Shown piece by piece: positions 51,534-64,000 of a stretch of 64,000 bases of DNA. Position numbers and translations under genes: made by a program. This stretch comes from Ptychomitrium polyphyllum. Taxonomy: Eukaryota. Every line of letters begins with the position of its first letter. The stretch's first letter is position 1. The stretch is from the NCBI GenBank assembly GCA_973851085.1, contig OZ316776.1, positions 3,224,001-3,288,000 of the forward strand, written 5' to 3'. The notes beneath the pieces are model-generated. The model saw nothing but the letters and a program-made list of their open reading frames with translations, made no database searches and was not told where the DNA came from.

Positions 51534-54500
51534 ATGGGATCAGCGATGGCGGTGAAGGTGTGGGCGATGGTGTTGGTAAGTGTTGCTGTTGTTGCAGCTG
51601 GAGCTGCGGCAGGTGGTGCAGGCCGGCGTGATGGTGCTGCTCTCGGAAGTACAATTGGGTTCGCGACGGTGGGGCGGTTGAGCTTCGGCTTCGATGTGTA
51701 CACAGTGGCGCTGCAGGGAGGTGATGGCGGAGACGGGAAGTTGAGGGAGACGCGGGTGGCGGGTGGGGAGTCGGTGAGCTATAATGCGCAGCTGGTGGAT
51801 GGCGGGCGGGGTTCGGCGGTGCTTGAGAGGTTGAAGCCGGGCGATGATGCGGTTGAGGGGGCGGAGTTCCTCGTTTACGTTTCGGAAGTTGAAGGCAGTG
51901 CGCAATTATACCTCGAGATGCCGATGCAAGGTGAAGGGTTGGGTTTTTGGCTTCATTTCCAGGACTTGGTTGACTGTTGAGATTCGATGGTGTCTGGACC
52001 ATCATAACCTAGATATGGTTTCTGCAATTGGTTGAGAAGGTTAGGTGATGTGAAATTATAAGTTCGATTGGCGGGAATTTTGGCCATGGCAGGCGCTCTT
52101 GAATCTTAAAGAAGATTATGGTTAGTTGCTCTTGCAGAATGATTTTAACGAGACGCGTTTTTTGTTACTGGATTCTTGTCGTAGAAGAACTATGGAGTCT
52201 CGAATTGGGTTGAATTCTTTACTTGAGGGGACTATGAAACATTTTAGGGTTCTCGTTTTCTTCGAGCATCTTATTGCTGTTTTGGGATTGGCAGATTCTG
52301 AGGGGCAAAACATCATGACAAGAAGCAGAAGGCGTATTGCGTTACGAGATACAGGTGTGAATGCTTCTCCGAAGGCTTATCTAAATGACAGACCATCAAT
52401 GAGCGGAGATACGGTTGTGTTTGTTTCCACTGAAGAAGACGTTGGAAAGCCTCTACAAGGTTGGAACGCTGTTTACTCGTTGAACTTCAAAACCTATGTT
52501 ACCAAGCGCTTGACTCCGTTAGGGATCACCGACTACAGCCCTGCACTTTCTCCTTCTGGTAAAGTTTCACCTTCATGTCACAAGGTTTTTGATCTTTTTT
52601 AGTTTCATTGAATATGAGACTCCTTTTTAAAAGAGTGATACTGGTAGAAACCTAGCTAGTTATTTAATAGCACAAATCACATTTCAATCATATGCGGGGT
52701 TCTTATTTAGTTTCTGAAGTCCGTATACTTACAACTGGGTTATAGAAGGCTGGATAATGAAACCTTCATTTCTTGACTTTATTTTCTAAAAAAATTCACG
52801 ACTGTTTCTGTGTTTTGAACATATAGATGAGATCGGTGAAATATTAATGCGTTGAATTTACATTTAAATGTTGTTTCTTTAGCTGATAAGGGTTGGGTAT
52901 ACAGGTGAGTGGGTTGCAGTGGCGTCCAACGAAGGACGAGGCTGGGAACGAGAGATTGAAGCTCTAAACTTGGACCTTCATGTTTTCAAAGCAGAGGATG
53001 GCTCTCAAAGGCGAATGGTAGTCAAGAATGCAGGGTGGCCTACCTGGGCGGATGAAAGTACGGTGTATTTTCACCGCGTAGCAGATGATGGATGGTGGAG
53101 CATATTCAGAATCAACGTATCTGAATCGAGTGCCGAACAAGGTCTGCCCCCATTCATTCCTTATTCTGTCTGGTATACACTTGGAGTTTACTTTGTCTTC
53201 CTCTTTTATCACATGATCTTTCAATGACCATGTACATCATGTGAGACAAGTAATGACCTTGTGGAGTTGTAGACGAGAGCCACTTTGATCACTGCAGAGT
53301 GTAGGAGTTCATGACAGCTGTTGGTTAGATTACAATTATCATCTTGCAATTTGTTTTTGTATATATAATCTAACTGAATTTGAAGCGTTTTGGTGTGGTT
53401 TCCTTCAACTAATATGGTATCAAACTTGTTCAGCCAATTTTGATTTGGTCACCATTTCTTGTTTTTGTAGTGACCAAGCCCAAACTTGTACTCTGCTCGG
53501 AAATTTACAAAGTGATAGTTGCGAAATTGGGTGTGGTATTGTTGGAACCGGGATTTAAGCTGTGATTTGACTAGGATGATTCACTTTCAAATAATCTGAC
53601 GCTTTCTTACTTGTTTTTTGTTCTGACAGACGCAGAGGCTGAGCGGGTGACTCCTCCAGGGGTACACGCCTTCACTCCAGCAGCTTCGAGATCGGGAAAG
53701 TGGATTGCAGTCGCCACACGCCGAGCATCAATTCGACACATTGAAATCTTTGATTTGCAAGTAAAGAAGTTCCTCCCCTTGACAGCTCTCATCAATCCCA
53801 GCACCCATCACTATAGTCCATTCGTCTCTCCAACCTCAAACAGAATTGGATATCATCGATGCAGGGGAATAGACCAGGGTGCCCAGAACGTAGAACCTCG
53901 AGTTGAGAATGTACAATCACCACTTGCAGGCGTTTCTTTAGTTCGAATACGTGGCAGTTTTCCAGTAATTTCACCAGATGGCTCATTAGTTGCTTACGTG
54001 GATAGCTGCAAGAATACAGAATGCTTAGCTGTGATGGACCTAAATGGCTCAAAAAAACGAATCTTGTACCGGGGTAATCTCTTCGGAACTGCCTGGGATC
54101 CTACAGGAAAGGTGGTGTATGTTGCACAGGGGCCTGGTTTTGCCTCTGTGGATAGCTCTGTGCACATAGTAGCCATTTCAAATGCGGATACTGCTGACGA
54201 GGCGAGCATCGGATATAAATACTTGACAAAGCAGGGCACTGCTAACAATGCATTTCCGAAACCTTCTCCAGATGGGAAGTATGTTGTTTTTCGTTCTGGA
54301 AGGGATGGTCATAACAATCTGTATATCATGGATGCTGTTGATGGAGAAGAGAAGTATTTGCGACGGCTTACTGAAGGGGCTTGGACTGATACCATGCCAT
54401 CATGGTCGCCTGACAATGAATGGATTGCGTTTTCGTCTAATCGGTTGCACCTAACTGGTTCGTGACGAGTGCCAACTTCTGGAGAATTGCTGTTCATGTG

Positions 54501-55114
54501 ATAGTCTCTTGTTTTGAAGTCCTTTTCTGGAATGTCAGATTTTTTATGTACAAGATACTGTCTAGTTTTTGTTTACTTGTAGCCGTTTATGTAGAATTGC
54601 TTCAAGTGAGTCTGGAGAAGCATTAGGCATTGACAATTCGTTTGATGACAATGGCGCAGGTGAGAAATCATTTTCTCTGTATCTTATTCGTCCCAACGGA
54701 ACAGGCCTTCACTTGCTCCTCGATACCGGAATCGGTGGGCTTGCGAACCATCCCACTTTCAGTCCCGACGGGAAGAGAATTGTTTTCACAAGCGACTATG
54801 CAGGAGTATCAGCCGAACCCATTGCCTGGCCGCATGCATACCAACCTTATGGTGAAATTTTTGTTATCAATATGGACGGCTCTGGGCTCACAAGGTTGAC
54901 ACACAACGCTTACGAAGACGGGACACCCACGTGGGGTCCACTACATTCACCAAAAGCAGATTTTGCCTCAACAGAAGGAGAGATTGCTGCATGTGATTTT
55001 GATGATGTGTGGTTCCTCAACAAGCCTCTGCAAATGCGAAGAGGTCAATGTCAAAGAAGGTGGAGCCCCTACATCCCAGCTGCTGCGGAAGTTGCAAATC
55101 ACACCTACCTGTAA
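51534..55114 (+). CDS. TolB-like / DPP6 N-terminal-like beta-propeller protein (PD40-type repeats) with signal peptide
   Basis: Exons 51534-51930, 52295-52558, 52905-53141, 53630-54457, 54660-55114 join in frame. Repeats PALSPSGEWVAVAS, FP.PSPDGKYVVFRSGRDG..NLYIMDA, RRLTEGAWTDTMPSWSPD.EWIAFSSNR, NHPTFSPDG, QPYGEIF, RLTHN.YEDGTP.W. Confidence 0.93.
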
Positions 55115-56557
55115 GTTAATGTCCATGGCCTCTTCTGAAGATCAAGGAGATCGTATGTTATGTTGTAGAATTAGTACTACTGGAGATTATTTTGAACTGT
55201 GTTGAGTTGTGAATATTTGCATATAGTGCTTGAGTTTCTAAGTATGAAACTTAGTGGATAGATACCGTAGGATGGAACGAGACTCATCACTCTAATCACC
55301 AGTAACCATGTTTGCCTGATTACTGTAAATACAGTTTGACGTGAAATACTGTTAGACAGTTTGGTGAGTATGTAAAGTCACCACTTGCAGGTGAGGATTA
55401 GTTTGGACTTGTAATGGACTTTAAGCTCGTAGCATGAAGAGGAAACTTTTGGCTTTAATTGCCGACCTGATCCCTCAAAGTGATTGAAACCAACAGGCAA
55501 ATGTGTTTAGACAGTGAAGCTCCTACATAACCAGTAGCGCAGATTATAAATGGCTTGTATGTTTCTGAACCTCAAACATCATGCTTGGATGGTGATATTG
55601 CGCAGCTGCATTCTCTGCAGAATTTCATCTTTGAGATTATACGGCTGTACGGGAACAGAGTTTCCGATGGTACTAGCTTGTTCATTGTTCACTAAAGCAT
55701 TTTGTGATCGTTTCGCGGATTACAGTACTGCCGAGGCATGCGTCCAACCTGGTCAGTTCCACAACTCAAAATATGGAAAAAAACTTAATACAGCACATCC
55801 GCATTCCAGCCCCCAATTGACCAGCCACCAAGTGTCACCCATTGATTGCATATTTTCAACCCAACCCACCACTCCGCCACTTGTCACCCCCAGCGCTGCT
55901 CTGACTTAGTCGCCCATTTCTATCGCTCCTGCCACCCTGGTACTCTCACAAGCTAATCGTGGCCCTTCCTGCAAATTAATCATCGCCTTGCGCCCTCCAT
56001 CGCTCCTCATTTGAAGCCAAAATGTAGCCAAAATGTAGCCAAAAGTTTAGCAAGAATTTGCTACGAATAATCACAAAAAATCCTGAGAAAATCCTTACAG
56101 AAAACGTACGTTATACCTAGTTATTATCTCAGTATCATCCTGACCTATCGTCTAGTATGACATAGGTATTAAATGAGTTAAAAGGAAAGGCATGGCTACA
56201 ATACAGAGATGGCGATTACTACCCTCATCGTTCATCGGTCCCGATCACTTCTGATCAGTGATCGCCATACCGCCTCGCTGATTGATCAGAAAACGGATCC
56301 CGGATGAGCATTACTTTAAGAATACCAGACCTGCACGATCGGAACATTCCATTGCCACCTGGGCGCAGTCCATCGATCACTCATCTCTATTAGAACGCCC
56401 CCATTCGACGACATCTACTCATTCTGCTTGTCTGTAGTGACTCATCTAGCATCTCGAGTCTCAATCGATCAGCTCTATCCAGTTGCTAGTTGCTAGCTAG
56501 ATTGTGTAGAGCTCGTGAGTACTTTAATACTAGCTAGTGAGGTTGATCAATCGAGCA

Positions 56558-57286
56558 ATGGCGTCGACTCTGATCATACAGAGTATGTTGGCGAGGGCGC
56601 CCGTTGGTATTCATGGCGTACGAGCTGGGCGCCATCGATCTCATCCTGCAGTGGCGGTGCTCGGCGGATTAGGATCGAGGTTGCAGCCGCGCGGAGGGAG
56701 ATGTGTGGCGCGTGAAGTCAGTGTTCGAGGTTCTCTGTCGTCGTCGTTGGCTGGGGAGTCGCTGTGGACTCAAGCAGATGCGCGTGCGAGTGCAAGGACG
56801 ACTTGTGCGGCTGGTGTTTATGTTTATAATGGGATTTCTACCGAGACGGTGCGGTGGTGTGTTGCTGCGGCGTGCGCGGTGCTGTTGCTGAAGCGCGACG
56901 CGGGCGCGAGGAAGCAGTTCTGGGCGGGGATCCTGGCGTTGGAGGCGCCGCGCGACTGGGTATCCTGGGCGAGGAGCGAGTACGGGCTGTGGGTGGCGTG
57001 CATTGGGCTGGCGCTCAAGCTCTTCTACAACATCCCGGCGGAGCTTGAGTACCCGCTAGCTGTGTACTTGTTGATCGTGTGCGCGCCCGCGCAGGCTCTG
57101 GCGCAGCGCGGGACCGTAGGAGCTGCGGTGCTATCCACGGCGCTCGCGCTCTTCGTGGCGTTCCAGTACTTCTCCAACACAGTACGGCTCTCTGATGCCT
57201 TCAAAGGGGAGCATCTACTCAATACCATCTTGATCTCCTTCGTCTCTCTGGCCTGCATCGGCTTCTTCGGCTTGACGGTCTTTTGA
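56558..57286 (+). CDS. COR413IM: Cold-regulated 413 inner-membrane (chloroplast) protein, intronless
   Basis: Transit-peptide-like N-terminus, then LALEAP...SW.RSEYGLW....L..KLF..IP.ELEYPL...LLIV.AP......RG, the WCOR413 pattern, with multiple TM segments. Confidence 0.88.
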   Translation: MASTLIIQSMLARAPVGIHGVRAGRHRSHPAVAVLGGLGSRLQPRGGRCVAREVSVRGSLSSSLAGESLWTQADARASARTTCAAGVYVYNGISTETVRWCVAAACAVLLLKRDAGARKQFWAGILALEAPRDWVSWARSEYGLWVACIGLALKLFYNIPAELEYPLAVYLLIVCAPAQALAQRGTVGAAVLSTALALFVAFQYFSNTVRLSDAFKGEHLLNTILISFVSLACIGFFGLTVF

Positions 57287-60200
57287 GCAACGCAATTTGT
57301 CGAATTCCAAATGGTTTCTGTACAGCCTGCTTATTTCGGAAGCCATAGCCATGTTTAAGATCCACCTTTCTTGCCATGAAGGATTTTCGTCCCGCACCAA
57401 TGGCGTGTTTCCGCCTCACGGCGATCGTTAGATTCTAAAGCCAGACTCGACTGTATTGCAAACTTTACAGATATGGCCTAGCTTTACATGCTCCAAGTTT
57501 ATGTGTGTTAGATATCATGATGACGGGCGCCATTAAATTGCATTTGCTTCAGAATTGTCTTTATGCGTTCTTCTTGTTCATTTTTTTTTTGTCTTCATGT
57601 GTCAGGTTGTAATATTGTGTATCATGTGAAGTACTCTTGGTTGTAATTCTGTTCAACAATGGTACTTCAATTGACTTGAAAAGGAGTACATAAGGTATCT
57701 GACTCATTATTGCATAAGGACTTCATATGTTATGCTAGGTTGAGTTTAGATGTGGTATACCGAACAATATTCAGAAGTCCTTGTTTCCTCCTGATTCTTG
57801 GAGACAAGCCTGTATAGGAGACAGGCTCTATGTGTCATGTGGACTCTCCGTTTTTTTAAAAATTTGTGTTGAACTTGTGCTGCTTGGTACAGGAGGTCAA
57901 GTATGGTCTTACAGGGTGGTCCCCTATATAGGCGGAGAGATGTAAGAGTAGGTGGTGCTGTGTGAACCTTATTTAAAATTTATTGATTGTGGCTACTGTC
58001 TGTATTTCCAATCCAGTCCATTCTGAGATGAGGACAGCTGTTTGGAGATAGCAGATAAATGAGTCTGCTCACTTCTCTCCAGACGAGCCTGACCATAACC
58101 ACCTCAAGTTATAGGATTCTTGAGGTTGACTGTTTGACTATTTGTAGAAGTAACCTTATACAATAAGGAAAAGACACAGATAGGGCATACAGCCACTTTG
58201 ATTGCTATCATTACCTGGTTATACAGCTAAGTATCAAAATGATGAAAACAGTATTCAAGCTGAAAATTACGGTAGTGCATTTCTGGAGGTAACGGAAGGA
58301 TAGAGAATTGGAGGTCTTGCAAATTCGTCGAGGATTTGAAATCCTGTTTCGTCACATTATTTCATGGGCCCTAATCTTGCTTTTGCCACTGCAAATCTGT
58401 TCACAAACTAACCTACTCTAGTTGATCCCCACACATCCCCTCAATCTGTCTGTGCAGATTAAGGGACTCAAGAAACATTGGAAATATCGTTTGAAAGAGT
58501 TACAGTATTCTGCAACAGCTCTCAATCATGTATCCTGCTCTATCTTGCCAATCCCAGCTTGTACTTCTGTTACTTCGTTAGAAAAAAGAAATTTCTTTTA
58601 GTCTAGGGCCAGTAATGTAGTGAGAGAGGCTGGCTATTTTGGCCATTGGTTTTAATATCTTTCTGGTGGCACGTATCAGCATTAATTCTCTCTCTATGAA
58701 CACTTGACTGTCTGCAAGAACAAGGAAAGGAATTAGAGTTGCAGTAAACCGAAAGACTCGCTTAGAATTGAAATATCCAATCACTGGCTCACCTTGCTTC
58801 CTCAACTTCAAGACCTAAAACTTTGAGGACTTCAGCTTTGGCCGCCAAATTCAATGGAAATTGAAGCTTGGCTCATATGTTGCCTGTCCACAATGGTTGA
58901 GGTGCAATGGTCAACATACTATGTCATGCGCATCGCAGAAAAAGTGGATTGTTACTTGAAAAACGTGACGTACTGCAGATAGTTTAACAGGCACCCCAAC
59001 ACTAGACAACCTGCAGGTAAACCACCAATTCATGGATGATAACTTTGTAATTTGAAGATTAATGAGAGCTCTAGTATAACATGATGCTCTTGTTGAGTTG
59101 TCGATGCATTGTCATGTCCATGCATTTACAATGAAGCCTAGGAGACAGGAATCAATTTGATAATCAACAAACGACTTGATAAAGTTATTTTAGAGCTTGG
59201 ACCAGCTTCACAGTGAGGTTACTAAGCGAAGAAAGCCACGAACATAAGCAGATGTAGCAGAGCAGGGATAAATGCTTACCCCTTCACATGTTACACCACG
59301 CTTGGAGCAACAGAGTCGGTTACTGAATATATTCAATACGTCAGATCATTTTATTGAAATCTGAAGTTAAGTGGATTCATTTGCCAACACTGTTTGTTAA
59401 CAGAAATTTTACCAAAACATCCTCTACAGAACAACTACTATGCAAGACAGTAACTTTGCAGGACATAGGTTATTATGGAAAAATCTCTTTGTTGACCAAG
59501 GTTTGAATGAAGGACAAGGTTAGTAGGTGGCAGATAGGGTGAAGCGATGGGTGCCTTCAAAAAAATTGTTTAGGATTCTTGGCTCTCACTCTCTTTTATT
59601 TTGATCCTTCTTGAAATCTAGAACTAAAAAGAGTCTTTTTAAATTTAGTTTGATGTGTTCAAAACTATGATTAAAGAAAAGGTTTTAGTTGTTGTTGTTT
59701 AAAAGCTATTGTCCAATTAATATGTATTTGTTGAATCTCATTTGAGATTAAGTTGAGTGCATATCATGATAGTATTGAAGGACAAGTTAAGGGTTTAATT
59801 TAGGAAACTATAACACTTACAACAAAAAGTTTTTTTTAGAAAAGATTTTTCCTTTTACACTATATTAGAAAATTTAATGAACCTATCAAAAGTGATTATT
59901 ATCTTTATTACGTAATAAGAAAGTCTTCCACATAACTAGTGTTATAAGATTGTTGTGCACAACCAACAGTTGCCCCTTTGGTAAAAGAAATCTTCCTTGT
60001 CTTTTGTTCCACCTATTTCAGATATTGATGTAACTGCAACTCCCCATTCCAACGTTTATGTATATGGTAGATGAATGTTATTCTACAGCTCAGATTCTGA
60101 TGCAGAGCACTCTTCGGCAGAATTTGTCAATAAAGTCAAGTGCGTGAGAACCTCACTCTCTCGAGGAGTGTAAGCCATCTCCATAAACAACAATAGAATA

Positions 60201-60922
60201 ATGTCGGCGCCAAGAGACGATTTCAAAGTTTGTACAGACATTCTGACACGGATTTCGCCCAATGTTGGAGACGATGATTCTTCGACATAAACTGACATGT
60301 AAAAGAACAATCCTCAACTAGGCAAAGTTTCAGCAAACTCATAAATGTCGTGTGGTACAACATAACACAATATCAGTACCAAGTTCGTTAGGAATCCTTG
60401 TAAACCCCCCAATTAGTTGCTTCAGTCTGTCTGCTCCTTTTCTTTGCATGTAGTTTACCATTCATGCTCATTTCTGCCGCATCACGAATCCTATGTTCGA
60501 GATTCTCTGAAGAAGTTCGTGAGGTTGGAGGTTTTGAAATGGGCCACGCGACCTCATGATTTGTAGGGCGTACATATATCTTGAGCTTGCAGGTGAGCAA
60601 CCAAGTCTTCTGTTAGGTCCTGATTATGGCCAATTACTTATTGGCTCCTTGTGGAATCGATGTGATGTTGCGAGGCTTGGTTCGTGTATGTTGAGCATTT
60701 TTCTCCGTTCATCTCTCCTCTCACTGACCTTTAAGAATTAATTCCGCAGGTTGATTCAATGTGACTAGAAAACTTTTAACTTAGGGTAACTGAATATGGA
60801 CTGCTGGCCATAGAGATCTCAACTTGCAGATGTATACAAACTAGTGGAGCACAAGTAACCATCATCGTAACGTATCTAAATCCTACCTGAATCACCAAGG
60901 CATATAGTTAAAAAGATTAAAG

Positions 60923-61318
60923 ATGAGGACAACGTTTGTCAATGGCACCAGCATCGAGATTACGTTAAAGGAAGCGAACAGTGGAATACAGAGGTACCTG
61001 TGCAAGCTGAATAAGAAGGACCATTCGCAGAGCTCCTTCGACATGGAACTGGATACAAATGCTACCTACAGGGAGTATCATTTGTGTGTGATACCTTCAT
61101 GTAATTCAGGAAGTGTTGTTGTGTCTTCTGATCATCTCTCAGATAATAAGGTCATCACCATAATGGAGGTGAAGCCGGGAGTATTTTCATGGGAGGGAAC
61201 TCCTAGAAAAGAGCTGACGAAGATCAAACCGGTACCAAAGGAAGAAGCAGGCAGCAGTGAAGATCGGGCAGCAGGTACCAAGTCTATGACACGGTGGCTC
61301 TCCAAGTTGATGTCCTGA
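60923..61318 (+). CDS. Small uncharacterised protein (131 aa) with a D.NATYREY motif
   Basis: Clean ATG-initiated ORF in AAAGATG context with globular, beta-rich composition (TTFVN.T...ITLKE.N.G; DTNATYREY; VVVSSD). Resembles a plant/bryophyte DUF family from memory only. Confidence 0.7.
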   Translation: MRTTFVNGTSIEITLKEANSGIQRYLCKLNKKDHSQSSFDMELDTNATYREYHLCVIPSCNSGSVVVSSDHLSDNKVITIMEVKPGVFSWEGTPRKELTKIKPVPKEEAGSSEDRAAGTKSMTRWLSKLMS

Positions 61319-63429
61319 ATCTTCGTAGCCAGCTCTAAGCCACAAAGGAGCTTTTCGTAGTTATCAATCAACTCTTCCATGGCCCGGGATCTATCTACTA
61401 TGTTAAGCCGTTTGGCATTGATCATGACATTTACGTTGATTTAACGAGCTTTCTGTGTGGTGTACATTCAAGAAGTAAATACATGCCTGCTCTATCCTGG
61501 AGTCTGTTTAAAAGTTTGAACAAGAAGAGTTCTTTTGTTCTATCTGGAGGGTTGGCGTGAGTCTGTTCCAACTTGGAACACGTAATGCAAATATAGCGTA
61601 TTGTTCAAGCCGTGAACTCGTAGGCCATACCAACAGGTGAATACTATTAAATGTAGATACAGATAGTGGGCGATTTAACCATCGATGTAATCACTTTCTG
61701 ATTAGTGGAATCAGAATTGCTTTCCTTGAAATATTTGCTAATCGTCAAATCAGACAAGAAAAATTTGAGTAGCAATAAAATGAACTATTTTCTTAAACCT
61801 GCTGGCCAGCACTTCCAGGTTATGGACTTCCGATGATTGTACCGTCGAATGCATTAAAGAATGAACTTCGCTCTTGTGGTGTCTGTCAAAATTAATTGAG
61901 GTTTATTAGAAATAATGGAGAGAGAACATTGTGGACTGGAGCAAAAACACAAAATAATACACAAAATACGAATACACAAAAACGATGGTACTAGTGATCT
62001 TAGTTCAGTTGGCAAGTGCAAGATAACTTAGTGTGGAAACCTCCCCTGCTTTTATGGCCCTCGCCACCGGCACCAAACAAAGAAGTTGATTGAGTGAATT
62101 GAAAAGTTGCCTTCGTACCAAGCCAGGTACCAAAGCAAAGTCGCGATAAGTAGAGTAGGGAAGTAAATTTTGACTTGTTTACCTCTTTCCATGGTGCCCT
62201 CCTTCCACTGTTAATCAGCCTGTGAACCATAAAGAATGCCTATAATGTTGGAGAGAAATAATTCACATATCAATGATTTTGTCCTACGATCCCTAAGACC
62301 TTCATTTGCTCACATCAACATTGAAGATTGATGATAGCTAAGCCTGCTTTGGCCAATCTTAATCATACTTCCATGCTAATCAAGCACGAAAGACAAAATG
62401 AACCACATGATTAATATGTTTAGTTGGCGGACACGTGAAACAATTGGCCTCGTGCTATCGAGAATATTTCTTTTCTTGACATACCGATCTTCTGAAATTG
62501 ATATTCTACCTACTGCTCTGAAGTTTCAACTTTCTTGAATATGTATAAATCTTTGTATCCAAAGTGCAATGCACTGTACTCGACCCCAGAACTATGCACC
62601 AAAAGTCAAGATTATGTTTCAGAATCTCTTGGGTCCAACTGGTCAAACTATATTTTGCTCTTGTAAATAAATTCGATCAATTGAAGAATCCGACAGACTC
62701 GGTCAAATTGATCTGTACAGACATTGCAATTCAGATAGAGCGTGTAAGTTCGTGTTGGAGAGCAATTAATTTAAAATACGCAAGCTTGTTTCGCATCAAA
62801 GCCGTGTAAGTCCTTATATAAATTCCAGCCATTGTACAGGCAGACGAAAACTGTCCTATTTATGGTGCTACTTGCCGCAATTTCGGTACTGTGCGAGGCG
62901 AAATATTTTTTCCTTGACGCGGCCCGCAGTTGCTCACGCATCGCGTTACTCGTAGACATTGAAATAACTAAGGTTAAGCCAGTGTGCTCGTCAGTTTCTT
63001 CCCAGATCGTTGGTCTTGATTCTCAGTTCTGCCGCTTGATATATCCTGCTTGTTGTTTTACTCTATGAAGTTGTTCATGAGGTTGGAGTTTTTGAATCAA
63101 ATCGTGCGATCATAGGTGCATCTGGATCGTGTGCTGCTACCATAAGATCAGTAAGTGGTGCGAGCATGGCAATCAACTAACCCTTTTGGTGAAGCACTGA
63201 GGCTATGACTATTTTTCCTGTAGATTTGCTCCATCTTTGCAGATTTAGTGCTATACAATGTAGCTTCAGACTTGGCAGGTCTTGTTGTTGATGATTTATA
63301 CATTTATTTCAGTTCCATTCCATTTTTATTCGACCTCTCATATATAATTTCTGCAGACATGCTCGTCGTTAAAGCACTTCAGCACAGAAATATTCATTTT
63401 GTGTTTTAAGGTCTCATGGAGTGCTGTTC

Positions 63430-64000
63430 ATGGAGATGCATGCAAAGTGGACCAGTAACCATCACCGTGTGCAGGCCGGCGCTAAGATTTCCATGTCGTT
63501 ACCAAATATTTCACACCAGAAACACACAGGTTGCACTAATCCAGCCAACTCATGGGCCATCACTATCGACTCACTCATCGCAGCAGTGGAGAAACTAGAG
63601 CTGGAGTCCTACACTCGCCGATGCAAGGAGCTTCAGCTTGCACTTGAGGCCAAACAACAGGAGGTGAACGGCCGTCAGCTTACCGACAAAGAAGTCACTG
63701 ACATAAAGCGTAAAATTGAAGCAATAGAAACTGCTGAACGAGTGCAATCGAAAACCATCACCATCACCCATACCTCAGGATCCACTGAATCAGTACCGCT
63801 ATCCTCCCTGTCCCACTCGTACCAGTCCATCCGGAACTTGCTGTGGATTGAGAACCAGCCTTTGTACAGGACAGCGCTGGCCGAGTGGAAAGAAAGGGTG
63901 GATCTGTTCGCATCTAGAGTTATGCGGAAGGTGAAGCGGAGTGAAGCCACAAAGAATGAAATCTATAACATGATTGGCTTCTACAGCGTCTTCCAGGGCG
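63430..64000 (+). CDS. Uncharacterised coiled-coil plus transmembrane protein, truncated by the window end
   Basis: Open frame from ATG 63430 to the window end: MEMHAKW..ELESYTRRCKELQLALEAKQQE..EWKERVD..KNEIYNMIGFYSVFQG. Acceptor TTTTAAG at 63410. Homology to the 41-kb pseudogene supports coding status. Confidence 0.8.
   Translation, partial: MEMHAKWTSNHHRVQAGAKISMSLPNISHQKHTGCTNPANSWAITIDSLIAAVEKLELESYTRRCKELQLALEAKQQEVNGRQLTDKEVTDIKRKIEAIETAERVQSKTITITHTSGSTESVPLSSLSHSYQSIRNLLWIENQPLYRTALAEWKERVDLFASRVMRKVKRSEATKNEIYNMIGFYSVFQG

Noticed and set aside
62832..63068. 78-aa ORF with a signal-peptide-like start
   Set aside because: Short, TTG-initiated in the track, and interrupted by a likely donor (AAG|GTTAAG). 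More plausibly a 5'UTR exon of the gene at 63430.

Overview
Gene-dense eukaryotic nuclear DNA from a land plant, most likely a moss (inferred from GT-AG introns, plant-type orthologues and small ORF families of the kind I recall from bryophytes). No rRNA, tRNA, CRISPR array or intact transposon was recognised. Supported genes, in order: tRNA-dihydrouridine synthase (DUS2-like, intronless), UDP-xylose/UDP-arabinose 4-epimerase (MUR4/UXE-like), the mRNA m6A writer MTA (METTL3 orthologue), a conserved uncharacterised type II membrane protein, a 3-exon gene carrying a bacterial HicB-antitoxin-like domain, acyl-CoA-binding protein, a DnaJ-type zinc-finger protein, a plastid TVP38/TMEM64 (DedA/VTT) protein, a BET1 SNARE, a TolB-like beta-propeller protein, a COR413 inner-membrane protein, a small unknown ORF, and a membrane-protein gene cut by the window end that has a pseudogenised paralogue ~22 kb upstream. 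The two most striking observations are (1) the spliced, apparently toxin-less HicB-like gene at 32.5-34.6 kb, preceded by complex upstream repeats, and (2) a recurring promoter architecture, a GTCCAC-N6-TGATA motif plus GTAT/ATAC tetramers phased every ~11 bp, upstream of several unrelated genes. Exon boundaries were read by eye and family assignments come from remembered motifs, not database searches.
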